From the NCBI GenBank assembly GCA_965198065.1, contig CBDAON010000004.1:2272001-2336000 (forward strand): a DNA stretch of 64,000 nucleotides. The letters are read 5' to 3'. Positions 1 to 11,253 of the stretch are shown here, piece by piece; the stretch's first letter is position 1; every line of letters begins with the position of its first letter. A program made the translations under genes and the position numbers. The notes under the pieces were generated by a model. The model worked only from the letters and a program-made list of their open reading frames with translations, had not been told where the DNA came from and ran no database searches. The stretch is from Longimicrobiales bacterium. Its GTDB lineage: Bacteria; Gemmatimonadota; Gemmatimonadetes; Longimicrobiales; Gaopeijiaceae.

Positions 1-467
1 GTTCCCGTCCGGCCCGCATTTCCGTAGAGGACCGCCTTAACCACGTCCGGGGAGAGGTTGAGGGAGGCCGAAACCAGCGTCGTGACCTGGAAGCCCAGGT
101 TCCAGAACGTGAGCGCGAGCTCATTCAGCTCGATGCCGAGCGCTCCGCTCTCGCCCCCGGAGGCCTGGACCTGAGCCAGCCACTCGTCTTTGGTCGCGGG
201 CGGAACGAGCCGACCCTCGAAGTCCACCAGGTCGGCCAGCGTGATGGGGCCGAGCCCGGAGCGAACCCGAACGGGGAGGAGGGCGAACGAGAACCCGGAG
301 CCGGGCATGGCCAACCCCGCTGGGTTGGCGCTGATCGCGGCCAGCTCCTGGGCGTGCGCGGTGACGTTCCCGCCGACCCCGAAGGCTGCTGTGGACGGGT
401 TCCCGAGCTGGGCGGAGGCGGCCACGGGGACGAGGAGGCCTATGCTGGCGAAGGCGGCGGTTCTCAT
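1..467 (-). CDS. Secreted/outer-membrane hypothetical protein, N-terminal part (runs off window start)
   Basis: Read manually: ATG at 467 overlaps the upstream stop (ATGA). Translates MRTAAFASIGLLVPVAASAQLGNPSTAAFGVGGN...ANPAGLA, a signal peptide plus the NPAGL motif typical of FadL/PorV-like barrels. Confidence 0.6.
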   Translation of the reverse strand, partial: MRTAAFASIGLLVPVAASAQLGNPSTAAFGVGGNVTAHAQELAAISANPAGLAMPGSGFSFALLPVRVRSGLGPITLADLVDFEGRLVPPATKDEWLAQVQASGGESGALGIELNELALTFWNLGFQVTTLVSASLNLSPDVVKAVLYGNAGRTG

Positions 468-1506
468 CCGACGCGGAGCGTGAGGTCGAGACGCGCATCC
501 AGGATCATCACGTCGGTTGGCTCGATCCTGACGGTGCCTCCCGGGGCCGACGCCGTTCCGGAGCCGGACAGCGTTACGTTCGGCTTCCCAATGAAGGAGC
601 GGATCTCGTCCCCGGTGTACTCGAGGGTCACGGACGAGCTCTCCGCCGCAGGAATCTCGAGCGTGCGGCGGAGGACTCCTCCGGGGTGGTTGATGTCGAG
701 CACGGCGGTCACGGACACCCCGAACGGGTTTTGGATCATGAGGTCGATGGCCCCCCGCTCGACGTTGTCCGTCACGTTCTCGTCCAGATCCTCGAGCTCG
801 AGTTCCACGGGCTCGAAGTCGACGATCCGGTTCGCCACGGCCACCGTAGCGGAGGAGACCAGGATTCCAGTGGGCGTGGCCGTGGCCGTGAGGCGGGCGC
901 CCGTGTCGATCCGGGTCGTCTGGCCGCCGACCGAAACCACGTCGACCCGGGCCGTGATGTTGCCGTTCACGGTCGCGGGTGCGAGCACGAGCGTTTTCGA
1001 CACCGTGGCCCCGCCCGGAATGGCTTCGGTGGCCCCGTTCCAGGAGACCTGTCCGATCTCGGCGCCACCCGTCCCGTCCATCACCGAGATCGTGACGGAG
1101 CCCCCGCCCGCGATGGGATCGAAGCTGAAGCCGTTCTGGATTATGATCTGAACTTGACCCGAGGCGAGCTCGACCTGGTCCACATCGGCCGGCAAAGCCC
1201 CGTCCACGCTGAAATTGTTGCTGAAGTCCGGGACCGACGCGATTGAGCCGTTCAGGAGCGCGCACGCCGAGCAGTATTCACCCAGGGACTGGTCTGTCTC
1301 GAACGGGTCCATCGAGACGGCGAAGCTGGTGCCCTCACGGTCACGCCCGTGGGGAGGAGCTCGGCCACGTCAACCGTGGTCTCGTCCCCGGGGATGATCC
1401 AACGCTGCTCCACTACGGGAGCGGAGGTCGGGAGCGCCAGGTCGCACGCCGCGACGAGGGAAGCACCTGCCGCCAGGGCCATGAATCGCGGGAGGACGCC
1501 TCTCAT
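464..1506 (-). CDS. Hypothetical lipoprotein, split by a 1-nt frameshift near 1337
   Basis: The lipobox-like LVAAC N-terminus (ORF 1252..1557) joins the beta-rich ORF 464..1312 if one base is restored near 1337. Probably a sequencing indel. Confidence 0.6.
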
Positions 1507-1729
1507 GCGGGCGGGATCCGTCCTGGGAGGGGGTCGGGGTGCAGCGACGGCGCACATCCTATCCGTGAGGACGGATCAGTGTCAACCCGGGGATTCGCGG
1601 AGGGCGACCGTTGCCCCGGAAACCCCCCGTGTCAGCCTGATACAAGGCGCCCCGCGTTGCGCGGGATCCGCCCGCGCGCGAAGATCGGTGCGCCCATTAC
1701 GTCCACCCCCTGCCCGGTCTTAAGGGCCC

Positions 1730-3076
1730 ATGCGCATCGCCGTCATCGGAACCGGATACGTCGGCCTCGTCATGGGCGCCGGCCTCGCGCACTCGGGGCA
1801 CGACGTCCAGTGCGCCGACATCGACGAGGGGAAAGTCGTTCGCCTGAAGCGAGGCGAAATTCCGATCTACGAACCCGGCCTAGAGCCGCTCGTGAAGGAG
1901 AACCTGGCCGAGGGGCGCCTCACGTTCACAACCGACGTTCCCTCAGCCGTGCGGGTGTCGGACATCGTCTTCATCGCGGTGGGAACGCCGCCAGGCGAGG
2001 ACGGCTCGGCCGATCTTCAGCACGTGCTCGCCGCCGCGGAGACCATCGGGCGCGCGATGGAGAGGGAGACGATCGTCGTGACCAAGAGCACGGTCCCGGT
2101 CGGGACCGCGCGTCGGGTGCGGGAGGCGATCGAGGCCGTCACGGATCACCCGGTCCACGTGTGCTCGAATCCGGAGTTCCTGAAGGAGGGGGCGGCGATC
2201 GAGGACTTCATGAAGCCGGACCGGGTGGTGATCGGTGTGGACAGCGAGCACGCCGCCCGCGTCCTCACCGACCTCTTCGCGCCGTTCGTTCGCACCGGGA
2301 ACGACATCCTGGTCATGGACATCGCGTCGGCCGAGATCACCAAGTATGCGGCCAATGCGATGCTCGCGACCCGGATCTCGTTCATGAACCTCGTCGCGCG
2401 CCTTTGCGAGGCGGCTGGGGCCGACGTGGACCTGGTGCGGCCGGGAATCGGGTCAGACTCGAGGATCGGAGGCACCTTCCTCTTCCCCGGCGTGGGGTAC
2501 GGCGGGTCCTGCTTCCCGAAGGACGTGAGGGCCCTGATCAAGACGAGCCGGGACCTGGGAGTCTCGCCGTCCATCTTCGAGGCCGTGGAGGAGGTGAACG
2601 AAATCCAGAAGCGCTTCATTCTCGACCGAGTCGTCGAGCGATTCGGCGAGGATTTGAGCGGGTGGACCTTCGCCGTGTGGGGCCTCTCGTTCAAGCCGAA
2701 CACGGACGACATGCGGGAGGCCCCGAGCCTGGTGACGATCGACGGGCTCCTCCGGCGCGGAGGCAGGGTGGTGGCCCACGACCCGGCTGCCACGGACGAG
2801 GCGCGAAGGATTCTGGGAGACCGGATCGAGTACGCCAGAGTGAACTACGACGCGCTGAGCGGCGCTTCCGCCCTCCTGATCCACACGGAGTGGCACCCGT
2901 ATCGGCGTCCGGACTTCGCGCGGATTGCCGCCGCCCTCAGGGAGAAGGTGATCGTGGACGGGCGGAACCTCTACCGGCCCGAGGCCATGCGGGCGCTGGG
3001 CTTCGAGTACGTGTCGGTGGGGAGACCGAGGGTGCCGACCGACCACAAGAACCCAGCCACCGTCGACCGGTCTTGA
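1730..3076 (+). CDS. ugd: UDP-glucose 6-dehydrogenase
   Basis: IGTGYVG Rossmann motif, NPEFLKEG, GYGGSCFPKD catalytic Cys, FKPNTDDMRE. Confidence 0.95.
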   Translation: MRIAVIGTGYVGLVMGAGLAHSGHDVQCADIDEGKVVRLKRGEIPIYEPGLEPLVKENLAEGRLTFTTDVPSAVRVSDIVFIAVGTPPGEDGSADLQHVLAAAETIGRAMERETIVVTKSTVPVGTARRVREAIEAVTDHPVHVCSNPEFLKEGAAIEDFMKPDRVVIGVDSEHAARVLTDLFAPFVRTGNDILVMDIASAEITKYAANAMLATRISFMNLVARLCEAAGADVDLVRPGIGSDSRIGGTFLFPGVGYGGSCFPKDVRALIKTSRDLGVSPSIFEAVEEVNEIQKRFILDRVVERFGEDLSGWTFAVWGLSFKPNTDDMREAPSLVTIDGLLRRGGRVVAHDPAATDEARRILGDRIEYARVNYDALSGASALLIHTEWHPYRRPDFARIAAALREKVIVDGRNLYRPEAMRALGFEYVSVGRPRVPTDHKNPATVDRS

Positions 3077-3115
3077 CGCCGCTCATCGAATCATGACGGC
3101 GATCGCCGATCCGGC

Positions 3116-4161
3116 ATGTCCGTCCTCCTGACCGGCGCCGCCGGCTTCATCGGCTCCCACGTGGCCGACCGCCTCCTCGAGAATGGGGAGGAGGTGGTGG
3201 CGCTCGACCTGTTCGACGACTTCTACTCGCCCCGCCTGAAGGAGGAGAACCTCCGGCAGGCGCGGGACCACGACGCGTTCGCGCTGGTCCGCGGCGACGT
3301 GAGGGACGGCGAGCTCCTCCGATCCCTGCCGGGCTCGATCGACGCAATCGTCCACCTGGCGGCCCGGGCGGGGGTGCGCCCCTCGATCGAGCGGCCTCTC
3401 CTGTACACGGACGTGAACGTCCGCGGGACGGCCGAGCTTCTGGCCTTCGCGAAGGACCGCGAGATCCGACCGTTCGTGTTCGCGTCCTCCTCCTCGGTCT
3501 ACGGGAACAACGAGAAGGTCCCGTTCTCGGAGACCGATCCCGTGGACCGGCCGATCTCGCCGTACGCGGTCACCAAGAGGGCGGGAGAGCTCCTCTGTCA
3601 CACAGCGAGCCATCTGGACGGGCTCTCGGTGAGCCTCTTCACCGTCTACGGGCCCAGGAGCGTCCCCTCGCAATCCGGAAGTTCTCTCGGCTCCTCCTTG
3701 CGGGCGACCGCTGCCGCGGTTCGGAGACGGAACGACGGCCCGGGATACACGTTCTGCGAGGACATCCTACAGGGGATGGGGGCCGCGCTCGCGTGGGCCG
3801 GGGCGTGGGCGGGTGCGGCACCGCCGCGTCAGGGACGGGCGCAGCTCCCGGACGGCCGAGAGCCCGGACGGCTCGGGCCGCTACGAGATCGTGAACCTGG
3901 GGGAGTCCCGCACGATCACCTCTCCTGTACACGGACGTGAACGTCCGCGGGACGGCCGAGCTTCTGGCCTTCGCGAAGGACCGCGAGATCCGACCGTTCG
4001 TGTTCGCGTCCTCCTCCTCGGTCTACGGGAACAACGAGAAGGTCCCGTTCCGCGTCGGAGACCGATCCCGTGGACCGGCCGATCTCGCCGTACGCGGTCA
4101 CCAAGAGGGCGGGAGAGCTCCTCTGTCACACAGCGAGCCATCTGGACGGGCTCTCGGTGAG
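3116..4161 (+). pseudogene. NAD-dependent epimerase (UDP-glucuronate 4-epimerase-like), disrupted or misassembled
   Basis: TGAAGFIG, HLAARAGVR, SSSSVYG and YxxxK motifs are intact to about 3633. After that come multiple small deletions, a duplicated segment and no C-terminus. Confidence 0.75.
3919..4161 (+). repeat. Near-identical duplicate of 3395-3633 (about 240 bp)
   Basis: Direct comparison: cctctcctgtacacgg...ctctcggtgag occurs twice, with a 4-nt insertion near 4051. Confidence 0.9.
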
Positions 4162-4769
4162 AGGTAGTAGAGCCCCGGCGAGGGATAGATCGCCTCGAGG
4201 GTGAGGCGCACCGGGTTCAAGGGCGCGGTGCCCTCGAGGACGTAGTTGTGGAAGAGCGCTCCGTCCTCGAACGCGCAGTCGCCCACACGGAGGCTCCCGG
4301 CCTCTGGGACATCCAGCTCGAGCAGGCGGAGGACGCACCAGAGCTGCATGTCCACGGAGGCGGAGGCTCCGCCCGAAGCCCGGAACTCGAGACGGATTTC
4401 CCCAGCGGCGCCGTTCAGAGCGCCCAGAGTGAGCCCGGCGAAGGCTGCCGTTCCGTCCGCGTTGGTGGAAGCCGCGCCGCCGCTCAGGACGATTCCGTTC
4501 CCCACGGTGACCGCCGCGCTCACCGCGGTCCCGACGGCTACCGGGTTTCCGCCTTCGTCGGTGACTCGGACGACCGGCTGCCGTATGAAAGCTGCGGCCA
4601 CCTCGACAATCGGGTCCGGCGCCGTGAGGATCGTGACCGTCGCCGCGCGGGTGTCCGCGCTCCCGCGGCCGTCCGGGTCGGTCGAGCTGCCACTCGAGCA
4701 GCCCGCCACCGTGAGGACGAACAGCGAGACGAAACCAAGCCTCGGCAGGAAGGCGGCCCTCCCCGGCAT
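4160..4769 (-). CDS. Lipoprotein with Ig-like domain, 3'-truncated at the duplication junction
   Basis: MPGRAAF...LTVAGC lipobox and a VRVTDEGGNPV...TNADGTA Big-like motif. The frame runs into the duplicated epimerase DNA. Confidence 0.6.
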
Positions 4770-5058
4770 GAGCGGCTCCTGAACGAGGTGGGTACCGAAC
4801 GGCGGTGCTACGGACGCCACGAAGCCCGAAGCTAGAGGACGCCGACGGGCGCGGGCAAGCGGAGGCGCCCGAGACACGAGGCGTCCTGTGATACAGGCCC
4901 TGGGGCGACAGCAGGCGCCCGTGCCACCTCGCTCGTGACTCCTTGATGGTGGTCGGCCCGCCCCCCACCTTCCGGGGTCCCGTGCTACCCGGTCGCGCCC
5001 TCTGGTTCCCCGCGCAACCGGTCGATCCTCGGCCCCGATCCACGCGGATGCCAGTCCC

Positions 5059-6021
5059 ATGCGAATCGTCCTGACCGGAGCGGCGGGTTTTCTCGGGAGA
5101 CACCTGGTGGCCCGGTTCCTGGACGAGGGTTTCGAGGTCGTCGGGGTGGACAACCTGATCACGGGTTCATCGGATGACGTGGCCCGCCTAGAGGAGCGGG
5201 ACGGGTTCTCCTTTCTTCGGCACGACGTCTCGACGCCTCTCTATGTGGAGGGGACCGTGGACGGGGTCCTCCACTTTGCGTCTGCCGCGAGCCCGGTGGA
5301 TTACCTGGAGCTGCCCATCCAGACTTTGAAGGTGGGGAGCCTCGGAACCCACAACACGCTAGGGCTCGCAAAGGCAAAGGGAGCGCGCTTCCTCCTCGCC
5401 TCGACCTCCGAGGTGTACGGGGACCCCGAAGTCCACCCGCAGCGCGAGAACTACTGGGGCCACGTGAACCCCATCGGACCGAGGGGCGTCTACGACGAGG
5501 CCAAGCGCTTTGCGGAGGCGCTCTCGATGGCCTATCACCGGGTCCACGACGTGCCGGTCCGGATTGCCCGGATCTTCAACACGTTCGGGCCCGGCATGCG
5601 GCCCGGCGACGGCCGAGTGGTCTCGAACTTCATCGTGCAGGCGATCCGGGGGGAGCCGCTCACGGTGTACGGGAGTGGTGATCAGACGCGCTCGTTTTGC
5701 TTCGTGGACGACCTGATCGAGGGGATCTTCCGGCTATACAGCTCGGACTATGCGGGCCCCGTGAACCTCGGAAACCCTCACGAGTTCTCGGTCCTCCAGC
5801 TGACGCGGATCGTGCTGGACGAGGTCGGGAGCCCGTCCGAAATCGTCCATCGTCCTCTCCCAACCGACGACCCCAAGGTCCGCCGGCCCGACATTGCGCT
5901 CGCGAAGCGGCTCCTCGGGTGGGAGCCCAAAGTCGAGCTCGAGGAGGGGATCCGGCGTACCGTCCCGTACTTCCGCGAGCGGGTCGAGAAGGCGGACGCG
6001 AGGTCGAGGTCCTTGACCTGA
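5059..6021 (+). CDS. UDP-glucuronate decarboxylase (UDP-xylose synthase family)
   Basis: [46 protein letters not shown]. Confidence 0.9.
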   Translation: MRIVLTGAAGFLGRHLVARFLDEGFEVVGVDNLITGSSDDVARLEERDGFSFLRHDVSTPLYVEGTVDGVLHFASAASPVDYLELPIQTLKVGSLGTHNTLGLAKAKGARFLLASTSEVYGDPEVHPQRENYWGHVNPIGPRGVYDEAKRFAEALSMAYHRVHDVPVRIARIFNTFGPGMRPGDGRVVSNFIVQAIRGEPLTVYGSGDQTRSFCFVDDLIEGIFRLYSSDYAGPVNLGNPHEFSVLQLTRIVLDEVGSPSEIVHRPLPTDDPKVRRPDIALAKRLLGWEPKVELEEGIRRTVPYFRERVEKADARSRSLT

Positions 6022-6034
6022 CCGACGAGGCAAC

Positions 6035-6822
6035 GTGTACGCGATCAAGGAAATCCTGGGAACCTTGCTGTCGCCCCTCGTGGTCGCGGGGCTGGTGGGC
6101 GTCGGAGCCCTCGTGATGTTCGTGCGTGCCCGCACGAGGCGGTTCGCGGTCGCGATCCTCGTCCTCCTGGTCCTGGTCGGCTATCTCCTCGGCACGACCC
6201 CTGTGGCGAACCTGATTATCCGACCCCTGGAGGCCGGCTATGTCGGCGTCGAGGACCCCGGCGCCGTCGCGGACTCGCTGGGGACGGAGATCCGTTGGGT
6301 CGTCGTGCTCGGGGCGGGGCACGTTTCCGACCCGCGCGCGGCGCTTCCGGCACGGCTCACCGGCGAGGGCCTCTACCGGCTCGCCGAGGGGATCCGGATC
6401 TGGCGATCCCTTCCGGGCGCTCGGCTCCACGTGTCGGGATGGGCCGGGGCCGACACGGCTTCCTGGGCGGGGGTGGCTGCGGATGCGGCGCGCTCTCTGG
6501 GCGTACCCGCCGAGGCGCTGGCTCTGGCTCCGGGACCCCGCGACACTCAGGAAGAAGCTAGAGCCGCCGCGGCGCGGATCCCTGCAGGGGAGCCGTTCTT
6601 CCTGGTGACCGGCGCCGCGCACCTGGACCGCGCGATGCTCTTCTTCGAGGCCGAGCGCCTGCGCCCGATCCCCGCCCCCGCCTACTTCTATTCTCTGGGT
6701 GCCCCGGGCCTGGGGTTCCGTGACTTCCTCCCCTTCCGGCGAACTACCTGAAGGTGGACCGCGCCGTCCACGAGTACCTGGGGATCCTGTGGGCGCGGCT
6801 CATCGTGAGGGGAGGGGAGTGA
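6035..6822 (+). CDS. ElyC/YdcF (DUF218) envelope protein, frameshift near 6735
   Basis: VVVLGAG, RL.EG and LVT.A.HL.RA motifs. The family C-terminus (NYLKVDRAVHEYLGILW) lies in another frame and ends TGA at 6820-6822. Confidence 0.8.
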
Positions 6823-7772
6823 CGGCGCTCGACGCCCCCGTCCTGGTGACGGGCGGGGCGGGGTTCATCGGCCATCACATCGTTCGGCGGCTCCTCCAGG
6901 GTGGCCGGACCGTTCGGGTCGTGGACGACCTTTCGACCGGAGACCGGGCGCGGCTCGCCCCCTTCCTCGACCAGATCGAGTTCGTCGAGGGCTCGATCGC
7001 CGAGCCGGATGTCTCCGCGGAGGTCTGCCGCGGCGTCGGTACGATCTTCCACCAGGCTGCGATCCCTTCCGTGACCCGGAGCGTAGCCGATCCCGTGGGC
7101 ACGCATCGCGCCAACGTGACGGGCACGCTCGTCCTCCTCGAGGAGGCGAGAAAGGCTGGGGTTGGCCGCGTCGTCTACGCGGGGTCGAGCTCTGCGTACG
7201 GGGACACGCCCGAGCTTCCCAAGCGGGAGAGCCAGATGCCCGAGCCGCTCTCGCCTTACGCCGTGAGCAAGCTCGCGGGAGAGCAGTACTGCAGGGTGTA
7301 CGCCCGCCTCCACGAGCTGGAGACGGTGGTGCTCCGATACTTCAATGTCTTCGGCCCGTCCCAGGATCCGGCCTCCCTCTACGCCGCGGCGGTTCCCACG
7401 TTCATCACGAGGGCTCTTGCCAACGAGGCGCCCACGATCCATGGAGACGGCGAGCAGACACGGGATTTCACGTACGTGGACAACGTCGTGGAGGCGAACC
7501 TGCTCGCGGCCGAGGCCCCGGCCGGGAACGTGTCGGGGCGGGTGTTCAACGTGGGGTGCGGGGATCGGATCTCGGTGAACACGCTCTGGAGGGAGATCCG
7601 CTCCCTGACGGGCGCCACCGTCGAGGCCCGCCACGGCCCGCCCCGACCGGGCGACGTCCGCGACTCGCTCGCGGATCTCGGAGCCGCTCGGGAGGCGCTG
7701 GGCTACCGGGGCGATGTGACCCTCGAGGAGGGGTTACGAAGGACGGTGGAATGGTTCCGAGGCGCTCGGTGA
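6819..7772 (+). CDS. SDR epimerase (UDP-GlcNAc 4-epimerase/WbpP-like)
   Basis: TGGAGFIG, HQAAIPSV, SPYAVSK, LRYFNVFGP, GDVRDSLAD. The GTG start overlaps the upstream stop. Confidence 0.85.
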   Translation: MTALDAPVLVTGGAGFIGHHIVRRLLQGGRTVRVVDDLSTGDRARLAPFLDQIEFVEGSIAEPDVSAEVCRGVGTIFHQAAIPSVTRSVADPVGTHRANVTGTLVLLEEARKAGVGRVVYAGSSSAYGDTPELPKRESQMPEPLSPYAVSKLAGEQYCRVYARLHELETVVLRYFNVFGPSQDPASLYAAAVPTFITRALANEAPTIHGDGEQTRDFTYVDNVVEANLLAAEAPAGNVSGRVFNVGCGDRISVNTLWREIRSLTGATVEARHGPPRPGDVRDSLADLGAAREALGYRGDVTLEEGLRRTVEWFRGAR

Positions 7773-7837
7773 AGCCCCTCACCGAGCCCCGGCCGCTTCC
7801 CCGGACCTATCCGTGGGAAGTCGGTGTTACAGGGCGC

Positions 7838-8758
7838 ATGGAGGCTCGGATCCACTTCGCCGTCGTGTGTGCTCTTACCGTGCCGATCGTCCTCGCCGGC
7901 TGCACCGGTGGATCGGAGGCGGGCACCATGATCCGGGGCGACGAGGCGTTTGCACGAGGGGAGATTGCGGAGGCTCTCGCGGAGTATCGCCTGGCGCTCA
8001 GCCAAGGAGATCCCAGCGCCCCGATCCTCGCCCGGGCGGCGCACGCGTACACGGCGACCGGACGCATCTCGGAGGCGGTCGAGCACTACCGCGAGGCCGT
8101 CGCGCTCGACCCCGAGCTCGCCGACCTGGCGGCCTCGGACCTCCTCAAGTTCGCCCGGGAGGCCATCCGGGAGGGAGACGGGCTTCAGGCCACCGAGGCC
8201 GTTTCGGCTGCCATGGTGCTCCGGCGCGGCGTGGGCACGGAGGGGATCGCGCTCCCCCTGGCCCGGCACCTCGTCCGGACCGGCCGGCACGACCGGGCCC
8301 TCCCCTTCTTCGTGCAGGCGGCCCGGGAGACGAACGACAGCGCGGAGGTCCTGTACGAACAGGCGCTCGCGTATGACGAAGCGGGGCTCTGCGAGAACGC
8401 CCTCGTGCTGTTCGATCGAGCCTGGGGGCGCCTCACGGTCGCCCAGCGGGCGGACGCGGACTGGCGGACGGGAAGCTGCTCCATGCAGCTCGGAGCCCGA
8501 GTGCTCGAGGAGGGCGACCTGGAAGTCGCGCTCGGCTACTTCGATACCACCATCAAGCTCGGTGAGCCGCGCGGACAGATCCCGGATGCCTGGTTCCAGA
8601 GGGGCGAGATCCTGATCCTGAGGGAGGAGTGCACGGTGGCCCTCCAGGCCTTCGAGGAGGTCCTCCTGGCGGATCCCGCGCCCGGCCTCCGCGCCCGTGC
8701 CGAGGAACGAATCGAGGAGCTCCGCTTCCCCCAGCGTGGTGCGGACGGCCCCTGCTGA
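7838..8758 (+). CDS. TPR-repeat lipoprotein
   Basis: LAGC lipobox and repeated helical A..Y..A TPR patterns. Confidence 0.7.
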   Translation: MEARIHFAVVCALTVPIVLAGCTGGSEAGTMIRGDEAFARGEIAEALAEYRLALSQGDPSAPILARAAHAYTATGRISEAVEHYREAVALDPELADLAASDLLKFAREAIREGDGLQATEAVSAAMVLRRGVGTEGIALPLARHLVRTGRHDRALPFFVQAARETNDSAEVLYEQALAYDEAGLCENALVLFDRAWGRLTVAQRADADWRTGSCSMQLGARVLEEGDLEVALGYFDTTIKLGEPRGQIPDAWFQRGEILILREECTVALQAFEEVLLADPAPGLRARAEERIEELRFPQRGADGPC

Positions 8759-9889
8759 ATGCTCGTCCCCTTTCTGGACCTGAAGCCCCAGTACGAGCGG
8801 ATCCGGGACGAAGTGAGCCGCGCGGTCGCTCGGGTCGTGGACCGGCAGGGATTCATCCTGGGCCCCGAGGTCGAGGGGCTCGAGCGGGAGCTCGCCGCTT
8901 ACCTGAACGTTCCTCACGCGGTCGGCTGCGCCTCGGGCACGGACGCGCTTCTTCTGCCGCTCCGCGCGCTGGGTCCAAGACCGGGAGACGAGGCGATCCT
9001 CCCGGCCTTCACCTTCTTCGCCACGGCCGGCGCGGCCTGGAACGCGGGATTCCGCCCCGCTTTCGCGGACGTGGATCCGGTTACGTTCAATGTCACGGCG
9101 GAGAGCCTCGAGGCCGCCTGGACGGACCGCACGCGGGCCGTGATCCCCGTGCACCTCTTCGGCCAGATGGCCCCCATGGGGCCGATCGTCGAGCTCGCCC
9201 GCGAGAGGGGCGCGTTCGTGCTCGAAGACGCGGCCCAGGCCATCGGGGCCCGTCAGCGAGGCTCGGGGTCGACGGCCCGGGACGGCTGGGTGATGGCTGG
9301 CGCGGCCGGGGATGCGGGCGCGTTCTCGTTCTTCCCGTCCAAGAACCTGGGTGGGTTCGGGGACGGGGGTCTCGTGTCCACCGCCGATCCGGAGCTGGCC
9401 GATCGCGTGACTAAGCTCCGGGTGCACGGAGGTCGCCAGACGTACCACCACGAGATGGTGGGCACGAACTCGCGGCTGGATGCCCTCCAGGCGGGGGTTC
9501 TCCGAGCGAAGCTTCCCCACCTCTCAGCCTGGGCCGAGGGACGGAGGCGGAACGCCGCGCGGTACGCGGAAGGGCTCGGGGATCTGGACGAGGTCATCCT
9601 TCCGGGGACGGCCGAGGGGAACGACCACGTCTACAATCAGTACACCCTAAGGGTGAGGGCCCGAGACCGCCTCCGCGAGCGCCTCCAGGAACGAGGCATC
9701 GGCTCGGGCCTCTACTACCCGGTTCCTCTCCACCTCCAACCCTGCTTCCGGGAGCTGGGGGGGCGCCCGGGAGACCTGCTGGTCTCGGAGGGCCTTTGTG
9801 GGGAGGTCCTGTCCCTCCCCATCTTTCCCGAGTTGGGGGAGGAGAGGGTGCGCATGGTCGTGGACGCGATTCAGGAGTTCTACGCTTGA
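8759..9889 (+). CDS. DegT/DnrJ/EryC1/StrS aminotransferase (WbpE/GnnB-like)
   Basis: PFLDLK, SGTDAL, PVHLFGQ, EDAAQAIG, SFFPSKNLG.GDGG (PLP lysine), NSRLD. Confidence 0.9.
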   Translation: MLVPFLDLKPQYERIRDEVSRAVARVVDRQGFILGPEVEGLERELAAYLNVPHAVGCASGTDALLLPLRALGPRPGDEAILPAFTFFATAGAAWNAGFRPAFADVDPVTFNVTAESLEAAWTDRTRAVIPVHLFGQMAPMGPIVELARERGAFVLEDAAQAIGARQRGSGSTARDGWVMAGAAGDAGAFSFFPSKNLGGFGDGGLVSTADPELADRVTKLRVHGGRQTYHHEMVGTNSRLDALQAGVLRAKLPHLSAWAEGRRRNAARYAEGLGDLDEVILPGTAEGNDHVYNQYTLRVRARDRLRERLQERGIGSGLYYPVPLHLQPCFRELGGRPGDLLVSEGLCGEVLSLPIFPELGEERVRMVVDAIQEFYA

Positions 9890-10632
9890 GGAAGGTCTCG
9901 CTCGTCGGGCTCGCGGCTCCGCTCCTCGCGCTCGCCTGCGCGTCCCAGGATCCCTTCGCGGGTTACGACGTAGACCAGCTGTGGGAGGTGGGCTCGGTCG
10001 CGTTCGAGGACGAGGACTGGGACGAGGCGATACTGGCCTTTCAGCGGCTGACCAGCCAGAGCCCCGGACATGTGCGGGCTCCGGAAGTGCGGATCCTTCT
10101 CGCCCGGGCGCATGAGGAGCGGGACGAGTTCCTCACGGCCGCCTCCGAGTATGAGCGCTTCCTCCAGCTCCACTACAACCACGAGCTGGCCCCGGAGGCT
10201 TCCCTAGGAATCTGTCAGGCGTACGCCGATCTCTCGCCCATCACGCAGCGGGACCAGGTTCCGACCCGGACGGCGAGGGACGCGTGTGCCCGCACCGTGG
10301 CGGAGTTCGGAGGGCTCACCGTGGCCGAGGAGGCCGCGGAGATCAGCGGGCGGATGGTCGACAAGCTAGCCCAGGCCGCTTTCGAGCACGCGGACTTCTA
10401 CCGGTGGCGAGGATGCCTGCCCTGCGCGGTCGGATACTTCGAGGAGGGCGTCGTCCTCCAGTACCCGACGACGGATTGGGCGCCCAGGGCCCTGCTCGCC
10501 ATGTACCGGGCGTATCAGGAGCTCGGGTGGGAGGAGGAGGCGGACGAGACCCGGGACCGGCTCCTCTTCAACTTTCCGGAGTCCCAGTGGGCGGCCGAGC
10601 TCGAGGCGGCGTCGGCGGACAACGGCGGATAG
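9886..10632 (+). CDS. bamD: Outer membrane protein assembly factor BamD
   Basis: LALAC lipobox, TPR repeats, RDQ motif, C-terminal L..FPES.W. Confidence 0.8.
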   Translation: MRKVSLVGLAAPLLALACASQDPFAGYDVDQLWEVGSVAFEDEDWDEAILAFQRLTSQSPGHVRAPEVRILLARAHEERDEFLTAASEYERFLQLHYNHELAPEASLGICQAYADLSPITQRDQVPTRTARDACARTVAEFGGLTVAEEAAEISGRMVDKLAQAAFEHADFYRWRGCLPCAVGYFEEGVVLQYPTTDWAPRALLAMYRAYQELGWEEEADETRDRLLFNFPESQWAAELEAASADNGG

Positions 10633-10645
10633 GAGTGGGGCCCCG

Positions 10646-11248
10646 ATGCCCGGGGTGACGAAGGTCGGTGTGTTGGGGGGCACCTTCGATCCCCCCCACC
10701 TGGGCCACCTGGCCGTCGCTCAGGACGCCGTGGAGGCGCTGGGGCTCGACCGGGTGCTCCTGATCCCGGCCCAGCGGTCACCCCACAAGGACTCTCCGCC
10801 GGAGGCTCCGGGCCCCGAGCGGCTCCGGATGCTCCGGGAGGCCGTAGCGGGTGATCCCCGCTTCGAGGCCTCTGACATCGAGCTCCGACGCCCGGCACCC
10901 TCGTATGCGATCGACACGCTCACGGAGCTCGAAGGTGCGCTGGCGGGAGCCCGGCTCGTCCTGCTCCTTGGGGTGGATCAGTGGGCGAGCCTCGGGCGCT
11001 GGCGCTGTCCGAGGGAGATCGCACGGCTCGCGAGGATCGCGGTGCTCACCCGGAGCGGAGAGCGCCCACGGGACGTGGACCCCGGCTTCGCGGACGGCCC
11101 GCCTCCCGCGGTCACGGAAGTTCCCGTGACCCGGCTGGATGTCTCCTCGAGCGACGTTCGCCGACGCGTGCGGGAAGGACGATCGATACGGCACCTCGTT
11201 CCGGAGGCCGTCCGGCGGATCATCGAGGCCTACCAGCTGTATCTTTAA
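10646..11248 (+). CDS. nadD: Nicotinate-nucleotide adenylyltransferase
   Basis: GGTFDPPHLGH, SPHK, SY.IDT, VSSSDVR. Confidence 0.95.
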   Translation: MPGVTKVGVLGGTFDPPHLGHLAVAQDAVEALGLDRVLLIPAQRSPHKDSPPEAPGPERLRMLREAVAGDPRFEASDIELRRPAPSYAIDTLTELEGALAGARLVLLLGVDQWASLGRWRCPREIARLARIAVLTRSGERPRDVDPGFADGPPPAVTEVPVTRLDVSSSDVRRRVREGRSIRHLVPEAVRRIIEAYQLYL

Positions 11249-11253
11249 GGGCC

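Noticed and set aside
1330..6745. Frameshifts in the lipoprotein (about 1337) and elyC-like gene (about 6735) as programmed recoding or true pseudogenes
   Set aside because: There are no recoding signals, both halves are otherwise intact, and the window shows other signs of indel errors.
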